Of a stretch of DNA of 64,000 bases, positions 42,011-55,500 are shown in pieces. Within the stretch, counting starts at the first letter, position 1; every line of letters begins with the position of its first letter. The notes under the pieces are model-generated. The model saw nothing but the letters and a program-made list of their open reading frames with translations. It had not been told where the DNA came from and did not search any database. This stretch comes from Eledone cirrhosa. Taxonomy: Eukaryota. The translations under genes were made by a program, and so were the position numbers. The stretch covers positions 42,470,001 to 42,534,000 of the forward strand of contig OZ024743.1 of NCBI GenBank assembly GCA_964016885.1. The letters are read 5' to 3'.

Positions 42011-42530
42011 TTTTACTGAGGACCTGTTTGGTTTTTATAGAGAATATTAGGAGGGAGGGGTGAAGTTGTTAGAAGAATAGTTGAGGGAGTGGTTTTTTGA
42101 TAGCAGTGAGAATTTTTGGTGGCAGTGAGTAATTAGATTCCCATCTGTTGTTTTGACATTTTTATAGAATATATTATTGGTTATTTTTCTAAATCTATAG
42201 AAGGATTAGAGATAGTAAAGATATGCATGGTTGGTTTTGTGTTTGCACTTAATTAACATTCAACTTAAATTTTTCTTTCAAGTGTACGTATCCTTTCGCC
42301 CACGCATTTACACACAAACATATATGCACACCTCTACAAAATACATATACTCACATACACATACTTACATGCTCATACATACATATACACATGCACACAT
42401 ATATATAAACATATATATACACATATATACATGTACATACATACGCATCTATGTGTATACATTTTCATACTCAACTTATCTTTATATACACACGTATAGA
42501 CACACACATATATACATACATACTTCAGTC

Positions 42531-42579
<49 letters not shown>

Positions 42580-42866
42580 ACTTTAATACATGAATACACT
42601 TACATCCAACTATACAGATCAAACATATATATATATATTTACTTATTTATATGCATTTTCACATATATATACATACATATGGTCGCTTTTGGACACATTC
42701 ATTATAGCATATCTGCACCTATTCTCATCAGCATATATTTCCATTATTAGTGTGGTAATTTAAGGTTATTAATATACATATATATGTTGAGAAGAGATTG
42801 TTTTTATATTTTTCTAACTAGATTGACGTTTATATAGTTGGGGGATGTTCCTCTTTTATGTAATAT

Positions 42867-43157
42867 TCAGCTTGTAGTGGGAAAAAGGGTTTTAGTTCGG
42901 TGACGGCAGAATAATGTTCGTTCAATTCTGTTATTCAGCAATTTCTTCTTGTGTGTGATTATGTAATAAATCTCAAGATTACACAATTTGCAGAAATTTT
43001 GGCTCCTGGAAAAGCTTTGTGTTTTAGCTAATTTCTCCCATTTTAGGGTAAACTTTTGATCGCTATCCCTGAGCGTCCAAGCTTTTTCTGCTAAAGTTGT
43101 TACATTTCTTTGGCTCTGGTGTTTTATTGAGTAAGAATGCCTATATAATCGAGATTT
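42867..43157 (-). pseudogene. C-terminal GIY-YIG fragment of a Nematis-like PLE
   Basis: KSRLYRHSYSIKHQSQRNVTTLAEKAWTLRD..FTLKWEKL...FCKLCNLE...LLNNRIE...CRHR*, homologous to the 18.1-18.4 kb translation; its 3' region holds the 41890 HHR. Not in the ORF track. Confidence 0.8.
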
Positions 43158-43238
43158 TTGGTTAAGAAATATATATATATAAAAAAATAAAAATAAAGAT
43201 TATAATGACAAAAATAAAAGCGTGTGTGTATCTGTATG

Positions 43239-43289
<51 letters not shown>

Positions 43290-43355
43290 TTATATCCCGC
43301 CCCTCTCTCTCTCCCTCTCTATCCATCCCTCCCACTATTATCTATTTAATTCTTT

Positions 43356-43545
43356 AGGTCGGTGGATTGGCAGTATCAGTAGAGGGTCGGACACCATGCT
43401 TTCCAGCATAGTTACGTCCCTTTACCATCTAAGTTCAAATCCCGCCGAGGTTGACTTTGCCTTTCATCCTTACAGGGTCGATAAAATAAAGTACCAGTAA
43501 TGCACTGGTTAATTGCTGGCCTTGTGCCTAACGTAGAAACAATTA
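43356..43545 (+). mobile_element. Meta-domain SINE inserted in an HHR-bearing element
   Basis: Full A/B boxes and body; TSD ATTATCTATTTAATTCT; the empty site is visible in the inverted copy at ~39890-39907. Confidence 0.9.
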
Positions 43546-43802
43546 TCTATTTAATTCTCTTTAACTCACTACACTCCACGACATGATGTCTGCTATAAAA
43601 ACTGACCAAAGAATCCTTCCACCTCTACCCCTACCTCCACCTCAGTTTGTCATTCTACTTCCTACCTCGTCCCCCTTCCTCTCTCTCTATACTATGCCGT
43701 CTGTCCCCTCACCTCCTGATTCCTCTCTCTCTATACTAGTAAATACAATTCCAAATAAATATTGTTCTCTATATATTAAGAATTATTTCAAGAGTAACTC
43801 AC

Positions 43803-43904
43803 TATTTTGAAAATTTGGACTGTGAACAACAATTATAATTGAGTGGCTGCTATTTGCAGTATAGCAATATAAGGTTGCACTTACCAATGAAACGGTCGTA
43901 AATA
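43803..43904 (+). ncRNA. Hammerhead ribozyme, U3-A8 core, ~75-nt stem II
   Basis: TATT-TTGAAAA-T-TTGG...CCAA-T-GAAAC-GGTC-GTA-AATA. Confidence 0.65.
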
Positions 43905-44734
43905 CCTGGATTAAATCCTTCTCTTAATGCTTACCTGTGTTTTCTCTTTTATACTTTATACTCCAAGATTGAACGGAATTCTTACAAACTTGTGGAGTTA
44001 CCCCTAACCGTACGTTGAAACCATCCATGAAACTAGCTTTCTTAACCAAAAATTGGATCACAATAAGCAATTTTTTGCTTCTCTAACTATATATATATAT
44101 ATATACATATATACACTCAAAGCTGTTCATTGTTCACTAGAGTACAAAATAGATGGCTTGTTCTCTGTGCCGTTATCGAGACTAAGTAATTTATTTTATG
44201 TTCATTAGATCCCTCTACAAAAATACAAGATGTAACTCAAATGAATAGGTCCATAACAATTGCAGAAGATAGCGACAGGTGTACATTTCACTTATAAAAC
44301 AACACAATGGAGTGGGTGATTTGCGGAACTGGCCAAAATGTCATTACAGTACTTTATCTGGTTTCGAATTCCACTATGGACAACTTCACTTTTCCTCATT
44401 ACTAGGAAGATAAAATGAAGTACATGGGTTGATTTAAACAATGTTGCGCCTCTCTCTTAATTGTTGCCGTTTTACCTGAAATGGATATGATTATTTAACA
44501 TAAGTGACATAAACGATTGAAGATGTAGATATCAAATATTGCGATATAAAATGTGATTTACTACTAGAATCACCAGATAAATTTCGTTCAAATAAACCCC
44601 TATCATGTTGAACAGAAGGACACATAGGTTAACGTAGCTTTTAGTTCATTACATCGGACTAAAAATGACAGGGCTATCCAAGGCAAAAATATATTTACGA
44701 TTAAAACTGCTCATTCAGGCGTGATGAGTGCACT

Positions 44735-45370
44735 CGCATCGGAGTGGCCCAGCACCCCGGCCTCCATGTGTCTGACCCACGTAAATGTCATTATGGTGTG
44801 GTCGTTGACAAGTTTGACCTGCACCTACTGTCTTGCCTAAAGAGCGCAGGCCAGTTCCCCCGACATGCTGCTTTCAACGACATATCGGGAAGTAGACTGG
44901 ACAGAGCTGGCTATCCATCACAACTGAAGCCAGCAGGCCTCAACTGAGGAGACGGCAAGTGCCCGTTGAAATTACCCACTTACCATTCACTGGATGTAGA
45001 TCACTCATCTGAGACCCGAGATGATGTAACACGTCCTCTACCTCCGACTTAGTCGCTTCAGCCACAAACCTCGATACTGCGGCCCGGCGGCCCGCAATAT
45101 AGAGGAAAGGAAGACAAATACAGGGGATTGTCCGGTCGTTTCCTCTTCGTCATCGAGATCTCAGGCGTACTTGGACCCCGTATTGCCGAGCTCCTCCGCA
45201 ATTCATTTGAGGAAGGAGCCCCGCGCGGTGGATGGGCTGTTGCAGGGGGTGTCGCTGGCCATAGTCTGAGGCAATGGTTTTGCGGACTTGGACGCGGGGT
45301 GCAGCCCCAACACAACATCACCCTAGGCTCAGAGCCCATCTCCTCCCTTATTTTTCAATGACCCTAGATT
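44735..45370 (-). mobile_element. GC-rich degenerate TE fragment, possibly a LINE ORF1/5' region
   Basis: Abrupt GC shift; broken reading frames include FPLYCG and a GRPGCW-like stretch; not firmly assignable. Confidence 0.3.
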
Positions 45371-45518
45371 CCATGCTTTCCCATCCTTATCCGTTTTTAA
45401 ATATTTCTAGTATTTTTCTGATTATTTTATAGTCATTCATTCATGTAGTTACTCATTTATTATTTTATTAAAGAAATGTTCGAATCTACCCAGAATCTAA
45501 ACAAAGAACAACACAAAA

Positions 45519-45542
45519 CCCTAACCCTAACCCTAACCCTAA
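45519..45542. repeat. Interstitial (CCCTAA)4 telomere-type repeat
   Basis: Four perfect CCCTAA units. Confidence 0.8.
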
Positions 45543-45602
45543 CACTCTAACATAATCACAAGGGAAAGATTTTGTAGGATGAGTTTGTGGAGAAAATTGG
45601 TA

Positions 45603-45669
<67 letters not shown>

Positions 45670-45791
45670 TTATATGTATAGGAAAAGTTTCAGGACCTGA
45701 ACGTTTTCCTATTACCCACTCTGATACCAAAAGTATCGAGTACTTTGGTGCGTTATGGTCCACCTGGTTCCTTACCACACTTCCTTCGTTA

Positions 45792-45849
<58 letters not shown>

Positions 45850-46125
45850 TAAACGGAGTAGAAAATGCTGACAAATTGTTCACAGTGAAAAATAGTTTAA
45901 TTAGGAATCAGTGAGAATTAGTATTAGTATTGGTTATATATGTATATATATTTATATATATATAGTATTAAGGATACTATTTATGGTTATGTATATACTA
46001 AAACTTGTTATAGTTATATATATTTTAAACCCTAAACAGTGAAAATCAGTAATTTCTTACTACCTTATTACCACTAAGATAAATAGCTTATTGTAATAAC
46101 ATCAGTTGTTCTACAGAGCAGTTAT

Positions 46126-46267
46126 ATAGAATTCACAGGAATCAAAGCTATGTTCATTCGCTTACAATTGTTTCATCCAAACCGATACTCCGAACACTTC
46201 AAGCCTCGGTTTGCATGAAACAATTGTAAGCGAATAAATGCTTTGAACATAGCTTTGATTCCTGTGA

Positions 46268-46273
<6 letters not shown>
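46126..46273. repeat. Palindromic mini-element carrying an HHR 3' half on each arm
   Basis: AGAATTCACAGGAATCAAAGCTATGTTCA and its reverse complement; GAAAC-AATT-GTA lies just outside the central hairpin CAAACCGA/TCGGTTTG. Confidence 0.8.
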
Positions 46274-46303
<30 letters not shown>

Positions 46304-46307
<4 letters not shown>

Positions 46308-46508
46308 AAAAAGTAAGACCCCGACGGCAGAGCTCAAGCCGTTTCGACGACTATTTCTGGACTGAGATTTAGTCCAGAAATAGCCGACGAAATGGCTTGA
46401 GCTCTGCGTCGGGGTCTTACTTTTTTCCTATTACCCACTCTAGTACCCTAAGTATTGAGTAATCAGGTGCATTGTGATCCATCTGGTTCCTTACCACAAC
46501 TCCTTCGT

Positions 46509-46510
<2 letters not shown>
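46304..46510 (+). mobile_element. Fold-back palindrome (46304-46430) plus 3' terminus of the (TA)n-inserting family
   Basis: ~60-bp arms around CTGGAC-TGAGATTTA-GTCCAG. Confidence 0.8.
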
Positions 46511-46591
<81 letters not shown>

Positions 46592-47182
46592 TTATTTGCT
46601 TGTTTGTTTGTTCGTTGTCTTTTGTTTCTTTCATTACAGAAGGATGATAGACAAACGTGCCTTCTGTAGCCGTTGAAATCAGAACAGGAAAAGGATCCGA
46701 CAATATATATATCGGGATTTTGAGCCATTTCACGTACGAAAATATATATACTATATAACTTAGGCACAATTACATTAATTTGAGCGGAGGGGAAATCGAT
46801 TAAATCGTAAGTACAATATTTTACAGGATTTTAAATTAGATCGGAAAATTCTGTCATTAGATACGGTCCAAAAGTTCTCTTTCAATCTGATGTTTTATAT
46901 ATAAAAGCGGACAGCATGCACTCCAATGTGTTATTTTCTTTATATTTATAAGATACTAAACACATTCATACAAACACAAACAACACACACAGGAACTCAC
47001 ACGCATATATGTATGTAGAAATATCTGCATAATGACCGTCATTAAGGAAGCCACCAGTCTGATGAGCTATTGGTTCCAGAGTCTGGCGTGAAGAATAGTG
47101 AAAGTAACTTGAGCTGATCGCGCGTCACACATGAATACACATGATGATGATATTTTGACACCTCATTCCTACCCTTACTTAT

Positions 47183-47403
47183 GGAGGGAGTTGGCAGTAT
47201 TGGCAGAATCTCGGACACACCGCTTCACAGCATAGAGTTACGACCCTTTACGTTCTGATTTCAAATCCACCGAGGTTAGCTTTGCCTTTCATCCTTACTG
47301 GGTCGATAAAATAAGTACCAGTCACGCACTGGTATCGATTTAATCGACTTTCCACTCCCCCCCAAATTGCTTATCTTGTCCCTATAATAGAAACAATTAT
47401 TAT
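47183..47403 (+). mobile_element. Meta-domain SINE
   Basis: TTGGCAGTATTGG, TTCAAATCC, TTTGCCTTTCATCC..GGGTCGATAAAATAAGTACCAG, ending in ATT repeats. Confidence 0.85.
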
Positions 47404-47800
47404 CATTATTATTGGCCTTGTGATCTAAAGTAGGAACAATTATTGTTAATATTATTATTATCTTTGTTATATGGTGTGAGAAGACGTGCAATTCGGAGCT
47501 CCGTTAGTTTTGTGAATTTATATTGTGTATTTTGTATTTTACTAGAATTTTATTCTTCAAAAGAGATCATAAGACAACCATCTGTGCTTTGTGCTTGGTA
47601 TGATGTGTAAAAAGGGGTTTTCAATAAATATATGGTAAAAATTGTTATATATATATGGCTATAGCTGGCCGCCGGTGTTTCTGCATAGCTACAGCTTTCT
47701 AAATGTATATTTATAAACATTGCGTATTTCTTTAGAAATACCAAATACGGAATCCCGATACATAACTGTATACACCTATGCTTGAAGCTAAATTCTAACC

Positions 47801-47832
<32 letters not shown>

Positions 47833-49587
47833 CTTATCGCAAATTGTATTAAATAAGATTGTCTTAAGAAAGAATGCATTATACTCTATAGCTATATAGG
47901 AACCGCTTTCATTCATACAATTTGCTGATAACATATCTAATAAATGTTAAATTATAATGTAACTATATGCAAGTCCTTGTACAAATTCAACACACAAAAT
48001 TTAAAATCTTCTTCTCAAAGAAAACAATGAATATATCTATTTTTCAGTTTTCCTTTTTCGTATTCAATTTAATTTTCGTTGTAGTAAAATTATATAGACA
48101 TGTAAGTAGTAATTTAATTTCGTCAAACTAACTATATTTCAGAAAATCATATTTATATTATAATTTGTTTGGAAAGTTTCAAATCAAATAAGATATGTAC
48201 TTTTATGGAAACTCTTTACTACATTCACTTATATTTTAAGGGCAAACCTGGATTCTCTTTCGTTCTTTCAGTAGAATGTTATAATGTATATTGAATAAAA
48301 CGCTGCCAGATCCAATAATTTTAATATAATGTGACAACCATAGCTTGTTTAGTGTAGAAATGTTATAAAGTATGAAACACGCTTTTCAACTTCAGAAACA
48401 TATTTTCATTAATACATCTTCCTCTTTAGAATCTTCCATAAATAACTTATAAGGCCTATACAGCAGTAAACATCAACTCACCTCTGTCTGTACAGTGATT
48501 TCATAATATATCTGCATGTTATCTGAACTTATAAGCCATATTTAATTTGACTTTGTTCTCGAACTTTAGGTTAATTAAGACATTATTTAGCCGAGTTGCA
48601 ATTGTGTAGAGGTTTTGGGGGTATATGTCTGATATTAACCCCAATAAATGCAGTTTTCCGTTTTCATCCTTTTGGGTTCTATAAAATGAAGTAATTGTGC
48701 AGAGTTGTGAATTTGTGGGATAGTTGATTTGAGTAAAATCTTATAAGGTATTTTTTTAAGCTCACTGATTTTAACATCAAATCTCGCTGTGGCTTTCTCG
48801 TGTAGTATATTTGAGCCTACATGCGCTTTCATATAACCTTCAGGCCATTGATGGCTATTAGTGAAGGTCCGTCCATTGCAGACAGTAGAACTTCTTTTCA
48901 GTTGAAAATCTTCTTAGCTGCTGCCATTTTTTCACTGACACAAGAGTAACAATGTAAATATTTTGGTTAAAACCTAAAACTCAAATATCTTTCATCCATT
49001 TCATAAATTCCTCTTCTTTGCGACGGAAAACAAACTGATTACCAGAGTGATCCACACTGCATATGATTTGTTATAGTCTTGATCCAAGAAAATAAGATCT
49101 ACGCAGTTGAGAAATAAATGAAATCGCTGGAAATAGTTATTATATAGCATGTTTTTATTACAAGACCTACTCTCATTAGTAGTACTATATATATACACGT
49201 AATATATATAAATAATACAACCCGTTGTTGAAACAATTTCAGCACATACTTTTATTCTCATGAATTTGTTTGCCTGTTTTTGTGTGATACAGCGTAAATA
49301 AAAATCTCTATTACTTCACGATATAAGCTAGTTAAACTGGGATGACAATTCCTGTAATTCTTGACGTCAAAATAGATTAAAATATAACTAAAGAATATGA
49401 AACAGTGAGTCCCATAGTGTGCGATGCGATATTCAAAAGTTGCGCTGAAAAGAGAAAAGATTTTAAGCGGCTTCTTTGGAAGACAAGGAAGGGAAAGAGC
49501 CACATAATACAAATTAGTAGTTGTTAGTAAATTGTCACTATTAGTTAATCAGTAAATTCTTAAATAAAATAGATATTAAAAACATGA

Positions 49588-49760
49588 GATGGCGAATTGG
49601 CAGAAACGTTAGAATTTCCACTAGAATTCATTGTGCCATTCGTTTGAGCTCTCCGATCTCTGATTTCAATTATCCCAGAGATCAACTTTGCCTTTCATCC
49701 ATTCAAACTCGATAAAAAACTACAAGTCTAGTACTTGGGTCGATTTTTTTCCTGATATCT
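49588..49760 (+). mobile_element. Older diverged Meta-domain SINE
   Basis: CAACTTTGCCTTTCATCC..TCGATAAAA with a tRNA-like head. Confidence 0.6.
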
Positions 49761-50265
49761 CTTTCTCCCTTGCATGTTTTTTTTTCTCTAGTCTTCTACT
49801 TAATTCTAGATCTAGAGAGAAGATGGGCTCCACCAGGTTTAAAGTACACGCTGGAAACGCTATATATATATCAATACGGCATAACTATGCATCATTCAAG
49901 AGTTAAGGATCCATTCATACATATATATTAAAACATATTTAATGACTAACATTTCATCAACTTTAATGTGATGATGGACACTGATGAAGAGCATTCTTTG
50001 AACATGATTATCTAAAGTATTTGGAAAAAAAGCTGATGTAAAGAATTTATTCTGGCGTAACACCGTCTTAAAATTGTCAAATTATACTTAATTATTACAT
50101 ACTTTAAAAATAGTAATAACTAGAAGAATGGCCGAAGGTTGCTCAGGATTTGCTCTAGGGTTCTTATATATTTGATATATATTTATCCTTATCGAGCCAT
50201 GTGAAATAAATACGTTTGTTTATATTTTGTTATTGCGTGTGCGAAAATATCTGTACAAGAATATA

Positions 50266-50305
<40 letters not shown>

Positions 50306-50505
50306 TAACAGATTAAAGTTTAAGCGAAGAATCGCTGCTTTCACCTTTAACGGGATCTTCTGAAACTAAAATTAAAAAATCAATCTGTGAAGGCAGAAGT
50401 AAATATTTCGAAAAAGGTTACACACTATATATACATATATATATATACACACACGCACACACACGCACACACACACAGACACACACACACAGACACACAC
50501 ACACA

Positions 50506-50576
<71 letters not shown>

Positions 50577-50578
50577 CT

Positions 50579-51190
50579 ACGTCATGATGTCGTAATGCAG
50601 GCAGCCAGGCATACAGACAGATATTATAAAGGCGCCACGTTATATCTATGTATTTATCTAAAAGTAGAGACACTAAGAGATAGAGATCGCTAAATCGCCT
50701 AATGCGGTCCTTAGGGCATTAACAATTCGAAATTCCTTTTACTCAGAGCACTCACAGGATCATAAGTGTTACATGTGTAATGTTTGAAAACAATCCGTTG
50801 GGTGGTTCTCGAGTTTTAGTGATTGGGCAGACAGACAGACAGACATCCTCTGTTTTAGATATATAGACTAGCAGAAAACCACCCGAGGGGCGGGTTTCTG
50901 CTGGTCTATATATCTAAAACAGAGAATGTCTGTCTGTCTGTCAGCTCACTAAAACTTGAGAACCATCCAACCGATTGTTTTCAAACAATAGACATGTAAT
51001 ACTTATGGTCCTGTGAGTGTTTTGAGCAAAAGTTATTTCAAATGTTCAATGCCCTAGGGACCGCATTAGGCGATTTAGCGTTCTCTCTATATAATTCTTA
51101 GTCTTTCTTTTTAGATAGATACATAGATATAACGTTGCGCCCTTATAATATATGTCTGTATGTCTGGCTGTCTGTATTACGTCATTATGA
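50579..51190. mobile_element. Inverted pair of non-autonomous Helitron-like elements
   Basis: Each arm starts TCTATATATCTAAAAC followed by (GTCT)n; centre is CTAG...CCCG-AGGGG-CGGG...CTGG. Confidence 0.65.
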
Positions 51191-52451
51191 CGCGCTCAGC
51201 GCGATTCCCTCGGCCTCAGTGACCAAAGTTAGTGGAGAGGGGAAGGTAATGTTTCTGTGGCACGTGTTTTAGCGTCTATTCACTCTCTCTCTCTCTCCCT
51301 CTCTCCCTCCCGCTATCCCCCTCTCGTATTCTGTCTCTTTCTTTCACTCTCACTCTCTCTCTACGCACGTGTTTCCACTGTCGGACAGACAGACAGAGAA
51401 ATTGCTGGTTATATATATAAGTAGATTAACTGTAAATATATAATTGTTTAACAACTTTAAACTGATGGGATGCAGATGTAATTCATTCCGTGAAGACGGG
51501 TGTGATAGTCTGATGTAATGCATTATTTGTGGTTCCCTGACGTCTGAGCTAAACATATCTCTCCTTTTACCCTTATACTATTATCAATATGTATATAATC
51601 CTATGTCAAATAGTAGAAATATCCGATTCCTATTTTGATTAGGAATGAAATGATAGCAAGCATATTTTCTTAGAAAATATTGGATAGTTTTCTTATTACT
51701 TGAAATTTTCGTGCGGTACTTTATTGTTCTCTCAGTCACTTACAATATGATTACTTAGAAATTGTTTCGTTCCGTCTCGTTTTTGTTTTTTGTTATTCTT
51801 GTATTCATTTGTATTTTGCTGTTTTGTTTTAAATAAGAACATTCAATCGATTTTTGACACCATAACTATGTTGTGCCACTCTATATACATGGCAAATCCG
51901 ATATATCCTTATTTCCGATTCTGATTACCCCCCTCAGCGTAAACATTGGCTTTATGTTTCATTTCATCATCCAACGTTATAAAAGAGTAGCTCTAGGGAA
52001 TTTTCACTTCATCAGGAAAAATTTAGTTTGAAAACAACTCCTGTCTTCTTACAGTTTTTTTGTTTCTTTGTTTGTATGTTATATATTTTTTTTTCCAAAC
52101 AAAATACGAACAGAAAATATATAAGATATAATAAAATAATAAAGCGATTTCATGACGAAGGACTGAAATAGCTTCTTCAAGTTTCTATGAGATACGTCTC
52201 TACACACTTTAATGACCTACACGACATACTAAGTCAGACACGAAGCACTCGCTGCTAATAAGAACATTCTATGTATATGTATGTATTTACTAGAATTCCG
52301 CAGAGAATTTATTTTCTTCGAACTATAAATAAATGTTTGTGTAGTTATTTCCAACGATGGTACTCAAATTTAGTAAGAAAAAGAGATGTAGTTTGATTTA
52401 GAAGATTCTATTAAGATATCTTTCGTACCGAAAGAAATTGATGGAGATAAG

Positions 52452-52518
<67 letters not shown>

Positions 52519-55500
52519 ACTATATATATATATATATAGTTGCTTTTTTAATCTAATTGGTTTTTCAGTATTTCTTGGAGATATTTTCTAAATGAGAATA
52601 TAGGAAACATTCATAGGAATTGTCATGAATAATCGGAATCATTACCAAATTTAAATCAAGCACTTGACGAATAACAGATATACAACAATACACATATATA
52701 CAGAAGTATGCATATATATAAACGTAATCTCATAATCGATTATGCATCGATTTCTACGATGCATATTTCCGTTGTTAGATCAACTGAACCTCACTCACAG
52801 GATTTTAATGGAAACGGCTGAGATTTTTACGGAAGCATACACTCAACATAATCATTAGACAGAATAAATTGTAGGCAACGTGTGGAAGGCCATTTAATAT
52901 AGAGCTCCAGTCGATCAAATGACAACTTCCCCCATGCCCCAACCGGTGCGAAGGTAACTCTATACACATAAACATACTTACATGATCACTCAAACATACA
53001 AACTCAAATGCACTTCCGATACAAATTCGTCAGAAAAAAAAATTAGAATCAAATATATACATGTGGAGATTAGTGACAGTCGTTAGACTAACTTGTGGCG
53101 TGCCTTCCGGGTCCCAAGTTCAAATCCCACCAAGGGAAAATTTGTCTTTCAAATGATGAATAAAGTACTAGTCTAGTAATGGATTGATCTCTCTGTTTCT
53201 TTCTACCTCTTTAAATTTCTCTCTCTATTTCTCAAAGAAGAAGAAAAAAAGAAAAAAGAAAAAGAAGAGAAGAAAGAAGACAAGAAAGAAGAAAAAGAAA
53301 AAGAAGGAAAAAGAAAAGAAAAACAAATAGAAAAAGAAGACGAGGGGTGCATTCCATCGATTAGAGCCCGAGTCACGCAGTATGTCACGAGAAATCCAGT
53401 ACGAAATTACTAAGATTTAAGGCCCTCGTGGATGGACGTATCACTATTATCTGTCAGCAAAAAACAATCGTACCACTCCCCAGTAGGGATAGCTATATTC
53501 TCCAATGTGAAATGAATGATGCATTCGATGAATGTAACTACAATACATCTCGTATATGGCTGTATTTACATGAAGTTCCTACATAACATACTTAATCACT
53601 GAAGCATTAATGGAGTGATAGAGGTACCTTTGTGACAAATGGCATGATATGAGTTTTTTTCTCAATCTGACACAATCCCTTCCAATCTAGGTCAGGCCAC
53701 ACCGGGTTTCTTTGCAAAAGAGACTTAGGAGAGTAAAAATGTGTGTGAGGTGGGGTAGAAGGAGAGGAGTATAATAATCCGTCCCGTTACTGAAATGGTA
53801 CTTTATATTCTACGAATGAAAGAAGTGTAAAACTTAAGGCGTTGTTCAATACCAGAATGTAGTCATCTGCAAAGTCGTCGCCCTATTCAGATTACATACT
53901 GAGCCAAAAATCCCTCCTTGGTTAACTTTAAATGCCATTCTTTAGCGTAGGATTAATACAATACCAATCAAGGTAGATTGACGGAATTGTTAAAGAGTCG
54001 GACGAGATTCTTTATTGCAGTTGGCCCAACAATGTGTGTTCTGAATCCAAATCCTTCATGCATCTACCAGGAGTTACCACCGACAGAGAATATCAGCAAT
54101 GATCACTTGAATAATTGTTTCTTTGTTTCGATCTGATGATCGGCTCCTTTCTTTTCCTAATGTATTATTGTACTTTAGTTTGTTCGCGTGTCAGCTGTGA
54201 TGCAGGTTTTATTATCTGGGAAAAGTTATCAAAGTTCAGATACTACTATAATAAAAGTAAACATTGGTATGTGGTATTTCAGTTTCTAAACCTGTTACGA
54301 AAGGAAATATATCTTTTATATCCAGCGGGGAAAAATAAAAAATAAAAAGAAAGAACAAGAAATATGTAAGTTTGATCTATAGTAGTGTCTACAGAAATGA
54401 TATATATTTTGCTGACATTGGTTGCTTTGACGTTTCTCTCCGATTCTAATAAAATCTAATAAATAAAATGCGCAGCTGGTAAAGATAATGGACATCTTCT
54501 TGGCATGTTTCTACCCTCAAGATATAGAATTACATGTTTACACACATTAACTATTTATCTACAAAGACATAAATAGCTGCAAATCCAACATCGCTCTGAA
54601 ATAGTAGTCACCATACACCAAAAACGAATATTATGACGGTGAACGCTCACTTATATGAACGCAAATACACGTAATGTCATAGATGTAATTAAATATTTAA
54701 AATTCGGAAAATTAAATTGTCAAACCATTGTATTTTATGTGAAGTAATCAAGATATTTCAATTGTGGTCTAGTATTTGCCATAAATAGTGTGTTATAAAT
54801 TATGTTCATATGAAGAAGCCTAAGAGCACATGTCTTCTTATGAACTGCCAAAAGGTTGCGAATGGTATACAAAGCGTAACGGAAATCTCTGGAATGCATG
54901 TTATTCGAATGGAACTGATTATTTCATTGAAGGCCTTGTTCGTGTTTGACATAAATGACACTAGCTACAAGTGCTCTTCGTTTGGTAGAAGCATAGGAAT
55001 ACCACTCTCCTGATGAACAACAGCCAAAAGATTGTGAATCATCTACATGCAGTATCCCATATATTTATAAATGTATATGAATAGAATAACAAGAGATATT
55101 TAAAGCAGTTCAGTTTTCACAGTGAGACGTATTATTTGAAAACGAGGACTATATCTACATCACATCTATCTAATGTCTATAAATGTTTATATGTAGGTTA
55201 TATTCGCAAATTACTCAATGTTTGAAAATATAACCGTAATTTCTTTTGTAGTTGCTAATCGATATATATAACGTAGGCGATCCTTTTGTAAAAGAATTCA
55301 AAGGATTAGACTATAAAGTTAGTAGGAAAAAGAAACACATAACGTATGAAAGAAGAACAGAAATGAACGGTGAATATGGATAAAATATGTGGTCGCGGTC
55401 AAAGATGAAAGAATTGAGAATTTTTCCCTATAATTGAAATACGTTTACAACCTTAACATTTTATATCAATAATCTATGAGTTTGAAATATGAAAAAAGTG

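Noticed and set aside
48636-49906. Possible piggyBac-like element between TTAACCCC and GAGTTAA
   Set aside because: Putative TIRs too diverged and no transposase trace
49978-50012. CTGATGA-AGA GCAT TCT-TTGAAC
   Set aside because: GAAA spacing is wrong and there is no stem I or III
52790-52993. Possible minus-strand exon ending at GTGAGT
   Set aside because: Frames checked contain stops before the donor; no protein similarity recognised
55005-55050. CTGATGA-ACAA...TTGT-GAAT
   Set aside because: Stem I is absent and the core is imperfect; compatible with chance
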